Positions 53,079-62,490 of a DNA stretch of 64,000 bases are shown here, in pieces. Under the pieces are notes generated by a model. It was not told the origin of the DNA. It searched no databases and saw only the letters and a program-made list of their open reading frames with translations. Origin of the DNA: a bacterium (GTDB lineage Bacteria; UBA8248; JACPRG01; G963555815); contig CBDHDG010000005.1 of NCBI GenBank assembly GCA_965261595.1, positions 960,001-1,024,000 of the forward strand. The letters are read 5' to 3'. The first letter of the stretch is position 1; each line of letters starts with the position of its first letter. Made by a program: the position numbers and the translations under genes.

Positions 53079-54285
53079 TCAACCGACGCGCTGGGCCTCC
53101 GGGTCCCGACGCTCGCCCGCGAGATACGCAGCCCAATCGTCCATCAGGACGCGCCTGCGCTCGAACAGGTCCGAACGCGCATAGGCCGCTTCCACTTTGT
53201 CGCGGACCACGTGGGCCAACGTAGCCTCGGCGACTTCACAGGGGGGCGGTGGAGCACTCGCCGCACCAATCCCTGAAGCTGGACCGGAAGCCGTGCGGCA
53301 CGGCCGCGATACGCAGTCCCCGAAGCAGGGTGGAGAGGGTGCTGCCGGACAATGGACGGCCCTCCGACGACGGGAAGACCAGACCGCCGCCGTCCCCGAG
53401 CGTCCGCGCCTCGCCCAGTATCTCCACGGCGCGCCCGGACAGCGGCACCCTGTGCGGGCGCTGGGCCTTCATTCGCTCGCCGGGGATGGTCCACTCGCCC
53501 GCCTCGAGATCGATTTCATCCCAGCCCGCCAAGCGAACCTCGCCGGAACGGCACGCCGTCAGCACCATGAACTCGAAGGCGAGCCTGGTCACGAGGGCCG
53601 CCGCCGAAGTCCGCACCGCCTCGATCGCGCCCGCGACCTCCGAGTGAGGCAATGCTCTCATGTGTTGGACGACAACCCGGTGCCGGCCAAGCGCTTGATC
53701 GAGCACGTCGCCGGCGGGGTTGTCCGGTCGAAGTCCCATCGCCACCGCCCACTTCATCACCGCCCCGATGCGCTGGCGCACCCGTCGGGCGGTCACGTGC
53801 TTGCCGTGCCAGATCGGCGTCAGAACCGCCAGAATGTCGCCTGTCGTTATCTCGCCGACCGGCCGATGGCCGAGCTCCGGGAACGCATAGGCGCGCAGGC
53901 TGGAGATCCAGTCCTCCGGATGCTTGCCGCTGCGCCAGCCGGGCCGCTTCTGTTCCAGAACGCGGGCGGCCGCCTCGGCGAACGTGGGTATGTCCCGGAC
54001 CTTGTGCCGCTCGGTCCGCGGATCACCGCCCGAGCGCGCAATCTTGCGGTTCGTGAACGCCTTCTCGCGCGCCTCGGCCAGCGATACCAGCTGGCAGCCC
54101 CCCAGCCCCAGCGTGCGGTTTCGACCCTGGATCCGCAGACGCTGCTCCCATCGACGCGCGCCGGAGCGGTCCACACGCAGATAGAGGCCGTTGCCGTCAC
54201 AGTAGTAGCCGGGTTTCGCAGTGCGCACGAAGGCCGCGCTGAGTGCGTTGTGCGGGCGCCTGCCTCGGTGTTTGGGCAAATCCAC
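53079..54285 (-). pseudogene. P4-type tyrosine integrase with arm-binding domain; +1 frameshift in G6 at 53241-53246
   Basis: PGYYCDGNGLYLRV, TACRSGE, RMKAQRPH, HGFRSSFRDW; after the shift EVAEATLAH...AAYARSDLFERRR..M..WA. Confidence 0.9.
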
Positions 54286-54359
54286 GTCATAGTAGTCCCC
54301 GTATAACCCATCGTATATTATGTACGGGAATCTAGCGGACGCAGTGGGACCCCTGGAGT

Positions 54360-55619
54360 TGGAGTTGACCCGGTTTGGTGGACACCTGATGATTTGGGGG
54401 TAAAGGAGGTGTTCACGATGCCACAGACTCACCCACGCTATCCAATGGAGTTCCGCTGCCAGATGGTAGAGTTGGTCCGGGCGGGACGCACGCCCGAGGC
54501 GCTGGCGCACGAGTTCGAGCCCTCGGCGCAGACGATCCGCACCTGGGCCCATCAAGCCGACGTTGACGAGGGGCGTCGCAAAGACGGGCTCACGAGCGAT
54601 GAGCGGGAGGAGTTGCGCCGACTTCGCCGCGAGAACCGACAGCTCCGCCAGGAGCGGGAGATCCTGGCAAAAGCCGCGGCCTGGTTTGCTCGGGAGACCG
54701 ATTCGATCCCGTCCGGATCTACGGGTTCGTGAGGGCGAACCAGGCCATGTATCGGACCGCCACCATGTGCCGGGTGCTGGGCGTCTCCTCCAGCGGCTAC
54801 TACGCGTGGCGCAGGCGCGCGCCGTGTGCCCGCTCGTGTGCCGATCGGGCGCTCACCAAACGCATTCAGGCGATCCACGAGCGTTCTCGGGGGACTTACG
54901 GCGTGCCGCGCGTCCATGCCGAGTTGGAGGCTGAGGGAGTGCGTGTGGGCCGCAAGCGCGTCGCCAGGCTGATGCGTGGGGCGGGACTTGCGGGCGTCAG
55001 TCGGCGCAAGGGAGCGCGCACGACGCAGCGCCGGCAGGAGGCGCGGCCGGCCCCTGATCTGGTGGACCGCAACTTCACGGCCGAGGCCCCCGACCGGCTG
55101 TGGGTGGCCGACATCACCTACGTTCCGACATGGGCGGGGTTTTTGTATCTGGCCGTGGCGCTCGATGCGTTCAGCCGGCGCATCGTGGGGTGGTCGATGG
55201 CCACACACCTGCGGGCCGAGTTGGTGCTCGACGCGCTCGACATGGCGCTGTATAAGCGCCGTCCCCGGGCCGTCATCCACCACTCCGACCAGGGCACGCA
55301 GTACACCTCGGTCGCCTTTGGGCAGCGCTGCCGGCAGGCGGGCGTGCGTCCCTCCATGGGTTCGGTCGGGGACTGCTACGACAACGCGCTGTGTGAGAGC
55401 TTTTTCGCCACGCTGGAGTGCGAGCTCCTCGCTCGCCACAGTTTCCGCACCCGGGCCGAGGCGCGCATGGAGGTGTTCGGGTTCATCGAGGGCTTCTACA
55501 ACCCGCATCGTCGGCACTCCTCCATCGACAACCTGTCACCCGTTAACTACGAAAGGAGACAACAACGCACACCCTGAAAACCCAAGTGCTTAACTCTCCA
55601 CGAAACCGGGGTAAGTCCA
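54360..55619 (+). mobile_element. IS3-family element (type B); orfA 54418-54732, orfB 54729-55577
   Basis: Ends TGGAGTTGACCCGGTTTGGTGGACA ... CCACGAAACCGGGGTAAGTCCA; WVADITY, HHSDQG, DNALCES; no TSD. Confidence 0.92.
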
Positions 55620-56611
55620 CTTTCGATCTATCCATGTCCAAAACAAAGAAACTCTCGATGCTATTTCTTTCGGACCTCGCGCGTTCAAAATCCCCGACCA
55701 AGAGGGCAGCATGGTGTTGGCTTTCAAGCCAATGATCGATTTCCCAAATCCGTACAACCGGCCAAGGATGGGTACGCACCGAGGCATTCCTCATAAGACC
55801 ATCGAATATATCCCAAAATGAAGCAATTGTTGCTCGTTCGCGATATGCCGTTCTAAACTCATTGGCCTGAGAGAGGGTTGCTGCTTTAAGAGCTTGAGGA
55901 TCAATATTTGGCGATCCGCCAGCTAGTTTAGCAAGTGCCGAAATGCTTGAATCCATGTTCTGACAGGAGAACACACCAAACCTATCCGCTGAAAGTTCAG
56001 CCCGTCGATACCAAAAATTGAGCGAAATTGGAGCAGAGTTGAGAACATTTTCCAACGACCGGAACTATAGAAATTAGGGTGGCAACGAGTTGATACTTTT
56101 CCGTCATGATGCGGTACCGAGTATGATCACATAGTAGATGACCAATCTCGTGACCGATAATGAATCGTAGTTCATCTTCGTTCATCAACTGAAGAAGACC
56201 GGATGTTACGACTATTGATGGATGATCAGCACCGAGTGTCCATGCATTCGGTAGAGGGTTGTTGTCAAAAAACAAGTTTGGCGGACTCACTTGCAACCGT
56301 TCGCACACGTCTTCAAAAATGCCGTATAGCTCCGGCATGAGATCCGAATTCACGCGCGTATTGTCAGCTAAGTTTTCCAGATAGAATTCCGTTTCCAGTT
56401 CGCCAATCGCCTTATCGAGCAATGCTCTAAGATGTTTTTGTGAGGCTAGCCGGTTTTCCAGGATGTGTTGGGCGTATTCATCTAGCGGATGTTGGATGGC
56501 ATCCTTGGGGTAGCGGCCAGAACTCAAAGGGAGATGGCCGGAGCCTTGGCTGAAATCGGAAAATTGCTTTTTGGGGTCACTGAGCCGATTCAACCATCCC
56601 TTTTTCTCCAT
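55620..56611 (-). pseudogene. M48-family zinc metallopeptidase, frameshifted near 56050 and 3'-truncated by an IS
   Basis: PNAWTLG, FIIGHEIGHL, then RRAELSADR and THPW in a second frame; AT-rich. Confidence 0.8.
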
Positions 56612-57124
56612 TACCTACACTCCCTTGTCTGAACCGACAATCCCCATATACTCGTTGGCCACACCTGTCGTCTGTAGCCAGGAAACCAAATTGCCACAGA
56701 GCGCTGGATCGTGCAAGGCCGAATTGGAACGTGGAGGGCCGAAACACTGGCGGGCAAGGAGTCACAGACTCAAGCGACGTCATGGGGTCAAGTCTTACAT
56801 CCTGACATTTCACAGATTTTCCGCGAGGTTTGGGAAAGATGAAAGAGATCAATAATTTCATTTTGACCGTATGGATGGGCCGCCCGCCATGCCCTTCCCT
56901 GTGCCGCGCATCGGGAGAATGGACTCGGCCCCGGACCCGTATATGGCCGCCGGGGAATTTTTGAATTTCAGTGGATTTCGTCTTGGTTTCGTTTAAATTC
57001 AAGAATAAAAACTGGATTTTGGAGCTGGGAGGATAATCCGTGAATGTCACGCTCAAGAACGTCGAAGCGCACCGGAGAGGCGCACAAAGGTCTGGGGTTT
57101 CATGTTGGAGACTCACGCCCGCCT

Positions 57125-57228
57125 ACGGGCGGGTCCGTTCCCCCCAACGTGCAGGTCCGTCCCGCCGACGTGCAGGTCCGTCCCGCCGACGTGCGGGTCC
57201 GTCCCACCGACGGGTGGGTCCGCCCCCG
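57125..57228. repeat. About 5 tandem copies of a 21-bp unit (ACGTGCAGGTCCGTCCCGCCG)
   Basis: Units start at 57125, 57147, 57168, 57189 and 57210; two are identical, the others degenerate. Confidence 0.9.
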
Positions 57229-57385
57229 AGGGCGTCAGCAAATAAAAAAGTACGATCCAAAGCCAAAGGCGGAATCCCAATAAAATCAATGGGTTTATAT
57301 TTTGGAAGGAAGAAAAATAGGGTTTTTCGCCTAGATCGCAGGGACCGTGAAAAATGAGCGGCCCATGCGTCGCGAATTGCAAGGC

Positions 57386-57428
57386 GAGATCCCTCGTCGG
57401 GACCTGAAGGTCCCTCTGTCGGGATGAC
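57386..57428. repeat. REP-like palindrome downstream of the permease
   Basis: GAGATCCCTCGTC-GGGACC TGAA GGTCCC-TCTGTCGGGATGAC nested hairpin. Confidence 0.45.
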
Positions 57429-57538
57429 ATTGTGAGCTAACCTGGATTTCTCACCAACCATCCGACGCAAAGGGCGGTGAGCGGTCAATGACCAATAGCG
57501 GCTCCACCCATTCGCGAATGCGAGGAGGCCATTCGAAT

Positions 57539-58801
57539 CTAACCGCCCAGCCCGCTGAGCTTTCCGGCCATGGTCCGAAGATTCGTCAACATGTCGAAAA
57601 AGCCGGCGGAGGCCGCGCCGCGCCAGAACCGCCAAACGATCAGGGCAAGGAGCAGCAGGGCCCCGACCCACTCCAGAAAACTGATCAATCCGGAACCCGT
57701 GGCGTCCAATGTGGGAACGACGCGGAATCCCAAGGCGAGCGCGAGGTAGTCGAACAGAATCCCCCCGGCGATTGAAACGGCGACGATGGCCCCGAGGTAG
57801 ATGCCGACGAACCGCTTCCCGAATCGCTTGCTTAGCATGATGATGGTCGCGGTGTTGGTTGCGGGGCCGGTGAGCAGAAAGACCAGCGCCGCGCCGGGGC
57901 TGAGGCCCTTTGCCACCAACGCCGCGGCGATGGGGGTGCTGGCGGACGCGCACATATACAACGGCACCCCGGCGGCCAACATGACGACGTAGGGAAGAAC
58001 CCCTCCCCCCAGCCCGTATCGGGCCAGGTCGGCGGGCAGCGCCACCATGAGAATGCCGCCGAGCAGAACACCCACGACCAGCGAGAACAGGATGTCGTCC
58101 GCCATTTCGACAAACGCGTAACAGAAAATCCTTCTTCCAATCGCCGACAATCGCGGGACATCCTCCGGGAGGGGTTCAACCGGGGCAGGGGCCTCGCGTT
58201 CGATGACCGCGGGTTTGCACCAGGCGCTTAAAGGGCGCCGGCTCCGGAATCGCCTCCATTCCCTGACCGCGGCGATTCGAGCGGCGAGCAGGAAGCCGCC
58301 AAATGCGACAAAGTCCTCATCTACGTCATGATGATCTTGGCCGTCGTCGTCGTTTTCACCTTCTGTCGCCTCCTCGTCCCGGAGCATCCCGATGGCGAAA
58401 ATTCCACCGATGATGGCGGTGCAAAAGCTGATTACCGGCCGCATGACGGCCATGATCGGCCCCATCAGGGCCCAGGTGACGAGAATGGAATCGGTGCCGG
58501 TCTCGGGTGTGGTGATGAGGAAGGAAAGGGTGGCAGGGCGGCTGGCGCCCTTCTGCCGCAACGCGATGGCCACGGGGACTACGGCACAGCTACAGATGGG
58601 GAGGGGTACGCCGAACGCGGCCGAGGTGGTGACGCTCTTCAGGCCTGCCGCGCCCATCAACTTTTGAATGCGGCGGGCCGAAATGAAGACATGAAGGAGC
58701 CCCGCGATGAGAAGCCCGAGGAGGAACAACGGGGCCAGCAGAAGGAACATCTCCCACGTGCCGGTCAGGATCGAGCCGAGGGCGCTCAAAAGCTGATGCA
58801 T
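57539..58801 (-). CDS. ArsP/SO_0444-type permease (putative metal efflux)
   Basis: GVPLPICSC.VVP, FLITTPETG.DS, PLYMCASASTPIAA, FLLTGPATN; acidic/His linker. Confidence 0.85.
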   Translation of the reverse strand: MHQLLSALGSILTGTWEMFLLLAPLFLLGLLIAGLLHVFISARRIQKLMGAAGLKSVTTSAAFGVPLPICSCAVVPVAIALRQKGASRPATLSFLITTPETGTDSILVTWALMGPIMAVMRPVISFCTAIIGGIFAIGMLRDEEATEGENDDDGQDHHDVDEDFVAFGGFLLAARIAAVREWRRFRSRRPLSAWCKPAVIEREAPAPVEPLPEDVPRLSAIGRRIFCYAFVEMADDILFSLVVGVLLGGILMVALPADLARYGLGGGVLPYVVMLAAGVPLYMCASASTPIAAALVAKGLSPGAALVFLLTGPATNTATIIMLSKRFGKRFVGIYLGAIVAVSIAGGILFDYLALALGFRVVPTLDATGSGLISFLEWVGALLLLALIVWRFWRGAASAGFFDMLTNLRTMAGKLSGLGG

Positions 58802-59030
58802 AAACCTCGTATCCTAAACGGTCACGGTGATAAGAGCGATCGCATCAAGCCGGGATTCGCTCATGGACGCTTGATAAGGATACAACCTTTTTCCACCGGG
58901 GGTGTCAATCGCGGATCCAACCTGCACACCCTACATTCCTCTGTGTACAACTTCGGCTCGTCCGCCGGCTTGGGGGGGGGGGGAATGACCGTTTTGGAGA
59001 TCCGACCCTCCCCCTCCCCCCCCTCCGGCC

Positions 59031-59864
59031 TCATTTCCCCTGAAACTTCGGCGGCCGCTTTTCGGCGAAGGCGCGCAGGGCCTCGTTCCGGTCCTCGGTG
59101 GCCAGCGTGACGTTGTACGCCTCCTCCTCGATCTCCCAGCCCCGGGACGGCGGTTTCCCCAGGCCGCCGTCGATGGCCGCCTTGGCCTGTCGGAGCGAGA
59201 TGGGCGCGTTCGCGGTGATCGCCCGGGCGAGCGCCCAAGCGGCCTTTCCGGCCTCGCCTGCGGGGACGACCCGGTCCGTGACGCCCAGGCGCTCGGCCTC
59301 GCGCGTGTCGATCTTTCGGGACGTGAAGATGAGCTCCTTCGCCCGCCCAACCCCGATTCGCCGGGGGAGCGCCTGCGTCCCGCCGGCCCCCGGGATGATT
59401 CCCAGGCTTGTCTCCGTCAGACCGAAGACGGCCGTCTCGTCCGCGATGATGATGTCACACGCCAGCGCCAGCTCGAACCCGCCTCCCAGGGCGTAGCCGT
59501 GGACGGCCGCGATGAGCGGCTTCGGAAACTCGGTGATCTTCCGAACCATGGCGATCATCTCCTTTCGGAGCTTCGCCACGTCCGGCATGGCCAGGGCCTT
59601 GCGCTCCTTCAGGTCCGCCCCGGCGCAGAAGGCCCGGTCCCCCGCTCCTTCGAGACATGCCGCCCAGACGCCGTCGTCCCGGGACAACGCCTCCATCGCG
59701 GCATCCATCCGCCGGATGAGGTCCCAGTTGATGGTGTTCAGGGCCTCGGGCCGGTTCAGGAGAACGCGGGCGATGCGGTCCTCGACGGCGACCTCGATGA
59801 TGGACCCCTCACTGATGGGACCATCTCTGATGGGAGCGTCCGGCATGGCGGGGAGGTCCTCCAT
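59031..59864 (-). CDS. Enoyl-CoA hydratase/isomerase family protein
   Basis: LNRPEALN, FCAGADL, ALGGGFELALACD, E..LGIIPGAGGTQ. Confidence 0.92.
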   Translation of the reverse strand: MEDLPAMPDAPIRDGPISEGSIIEVAVEDRIARVLLNRPEALNTINWDLIRRMDAAMEALSRDDGVWAACLEGAGDRAFCAGADLKERKALAMPDVAKLRKEMIAMVRKITEFPKPLIAAVHGYALGGGFELALACDIIIADETAVFGLTETSLGIIPGAGGTQALPRRIGVGRAKELIFTSRKIDTREAERLGVTDRVVPAGEAGKAAWALARAITANAPISLRQAKAAIDGGLGKPPSRGWEIEEEAYNVTLATEDRNEALRAFAEKRPPKFQGK

Positions 59865-59984
59865 GGAATAGCGCGTCCCGCGGAGACACAGGGTTCGCCG
59901 CGGTTATGGCCCGAATCCCGGCCCGTGGATTATATATAGGCCAGGAGAATTTCCCCCGACCCATCAAATCGCGAGAGGTCCGAG

Positions 59985-60350
59985 ATGAGCATCGACCGAT
60001 ACGTCTATCACGAAGAGGATGCGCCCACGTACACGCCCGCCGGCCACGATGGGACCGTCAACCGGCGGCTGATCGGAGAGGCGGAAAACTTCCACCTGGT
60101 TCTCGGGACGCTGGAGAAGGGGGCGGTGGCCCACCGTCATTCCCATTCCGACCTGGAGCAGGGGATGTATGTCTTGGAGGGCCGGGCGCGGATCGAGATC
60201 GACGGGGAGGCGAAGGAAGTCGGGGAAGGGGGCGTGATCTTCTTCCCGGTGGGTGTGCCGCACAGGATCGAGGCCCTGGGCGATCCCGTCACGCGGTTCC
60301 TGATCGTCTATTCCCCGCCCCTCAAAGCGCATCCGGACCCGACACCCTAG
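59985..60350 (+). CDS. Cupin domain protein
   Basis: HSHSDLEQGMYVLEG...GVPH. Confidence 0.85.
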   Translation: MSIDRYVYHEEDAPTYTPAGHDGTVNRRLIGEAENFHLVLGTLEKGAVAHRHSHSDLEQGMYVLEGRARIEIDGEAKEVGEGGVIFFPVGVPHRIEALGDPVTRFLIVYSPPLKAHPDPTP

Positions 60351-60573
60351 CCTCGCGTCTCCAAAATAAATGGACACTTCACAAATTGTAGAGAAGGCGG
60401 CCAAGGGGTCAACCGACCCAAATGCCCGCCCTACCTGTTTTGAAAACACCGCCTTTCCACCGTTCCGGAAGGCCGGGCATTTGGGTCGGTTGACCCCTTG
60501 GCCGGCCGGAAAGGGACAATTCGGGTCTCGATATTTAAAACCATTTACGAGACAATAGCCTCGGGGTCGCCCC

Positions 60574-61524
60574 TCATCCCCCGGCGCTTCCGTCCGCCGT
60601 GAACAGCTTCCGAATGAACGAGTCCAGCCGCTGGAAATACGCTTCCCCTCCGGCGGCGTAGGTGTCGTTGTGTCCCGCCCCTCGGATGACGTAAAACGCC
60701 TTCGGGTCGTTGGCGGCTTCGAACAGGGCCTTCCCCATGGAGAACGGCACAATGCCGTCGCGATCTCCGTGGAGGACCAAAAGCGGCAAGCGGATCTTTT
60801 TGATCTTCGACAGGCTGTCGTACTTGGTCTTGAGGACCCTTCCGATGGGGATCAGGTAGAGTTTTTTCGCCATCGCCCCCACCGAGGTGAACGGGGATTC
60901 CAGGATGATTCCCGCAGGTGGACGGCGCAGGGCCTCCTCCAGGGCGACCGAGGCCCCGAGGGACCTGCCGAAGTGAACCAGCCGATCCCCGTCCACGTCC
61001 TTGCGGGACAGCAGATACCGGACCGCCCCCTCGGCGTCGCGGTAGGTCCCTTCCTCCGAAGGCGTCCCTTCGCTCCGGCCGTATCCCCGATAGTCGAAGA
61101 TGAAGACGTTCGCCGCGACTTTCTGATGAAGAAGGGCGATGTTCTCCACCCTGTGGCTGAGATTTCCGCCGTTTCCGTGGAACCAGGTGAGGGTGGGCGC
61201 CCTGCGCGCCGCCGTCCCGCCCGCGCGGGCGGGGACGAACCAGCCGTGCAGCTTGACGCCGTCCGGGGCCTTGAAGCGAACGTCCTCGAACGCCACCCCC
61301 CGGTCGCCGGGCGTCAGAAAAATCTCGCGCGCGGGGTGGTAGATGAAGAACCGTTCGATCCGCTCGCGACAACTGCCCAGAATCAAAAGGAGAACAACCG
61401 CGTAAACCGAGAGGCGGACGGCCGGGTTGCGCAATGAGAAGCGCTTCGCCCCTTTGGGGCGTTCACCGACGTTCCGCGCGGGGGGGGGGGTGCGGTCAAC
61501 GGGTTTTCGGGAAGGGTTTTCCAT
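60574..61524 (-). CDS. Alpha/beta hydrolase (ABHD13/17-like)
   Basis: FHGNGGN, DYRGYGRSEG, GRSLG, HGDRD, AGHND; start uncertain. Confidence 0.9.
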   Translation of the reverse strand: MENPSRKPVDRTPPPARNVGERPKGAKRFSLRNPAVRLSVYAVVLLLILGSCRERIERFFIYHPAREIFLTPGDRGVAFEDVRFKAPDGVKLHGWFVPARAGGTAARRAPTLTWFHGNGGNLSHRVENIALLHQKVAANVFIFDYRGYGRSEGTPSEEGTYRDAEGAVRYLLSRKDVDGDRLVHFGRSLGASVALEEALRRPPAGIILESPFTSVGAMAKKLYLIPIGRVLKTKYDSLSKIKKIRLPLLVLHGDRDGIVPFSMGKALFEAANDPKAFYVIRGAGHNDTYAAGGEAYFQRLDSFIRKLFTADGSAGG

Positions 61525-61890
61525 CCTCTCGATCCGCGCCTCCGTCGTCCCATGGTCTACAGGATATCCCACATCGTCCGAGAAGGGATGTGCGGAGCGC
61601 CCTCCGATTCGGAGCGGGGACGACCCCTCCCGCCGCGCATCTTTGATCCATCTTGCCGGCCCGGAAACCTGACGCTCCCTTTCCTGCAAAGCAGTTTAGC
61701 AGGTTGTCGGAAAACCCCCAAATCGGGCGGCCCCCGCGGTCCCCGCAACGAATTTCCAGATCGCCCCATCAAGTTGTGGGGGACCTCTTGCGGGCTCCGT
61801 GTGTCACGGGGCGAAAATTGCATTCCGATCGCGGTCGTCTTATTCTGCTGGAGATTGGATTGAGAACCCATCGGTGCGAGGGACGAAAGG

Positions 61891-62456
61891 GTGTCGCGAC
61901 TGACCGTCCGAAGGGTCATCTCGACGGACCCCGAGACGCTCTGGAAGCGGGTGGAGGGCGGCTCGTTCGCCGGCCGTTGGATTGCGCCGGGGGGGGGGAG
62001 GAGGAGGCCGGAGAGGGCGCGGGTTCGAGCCCGGGGGCGGAAGAGGCCGCATGGCGCGAATCGTTGCGCGTCGGCCCGTTTTCCTTCAAGGTCGCGGCGA
62101 CCTGGGCCGAGCGGGTTCCTTGGGAACGGAGCTTCTGCCTCCTCGATGGGCCTTTGGGCATCCGGATTGCGGAGGAAATGAGGCTGGAGCGGCTCGCGGC
62201 CGGGACGGCGCTCTCCCTGACGGTGGATTTCGCTCTGGGGAGCGGAGGGATCAGGGAGTGGTTGGACCGGGTCTGCCTGTCGGGTTGGGTTTTGAGACGC
62301 CTGGAGCGCGGGATCGCGAAGCTCGAAGAGGAGTACAGACGACCCGAGGATGAGAAGGACCCGGATCTGGGTGTTTATCTGGAGCGCCCCGAGGACCGGC
62401 CCTGGGGACTGGACCAGACGGCTCCGGCGCGGCCGAAGTCGTCCCGGCCGGGATGA
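61891..62456 (+). CDS. Probable SRPBCC-like protein split by a frameshift at a G10 tract (61989-61998)
   Basis: MSRLTVRRVISTDPETLWKRV in one frame; WRESLRVGPFSF...GTALSLTVDF in another; the junction falls at the G run. Confidence 0.45.
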
Positions 62457-62490
62457 TTCAACGGATGAGTTGGCGCAAGGGATTGAATGA

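Noticed and set aside
53236..54555. 439-aa integrase ORF as given in the track
   Set aside because: The N-terminal ~90 aa are read-through from the IS3 end and spacer, and the true C-terminus lies in another frame.
57125..57228. Possible CRISPR array
   Set aside because: Units are contiguous with no unique spacers, and no cas genes are present.
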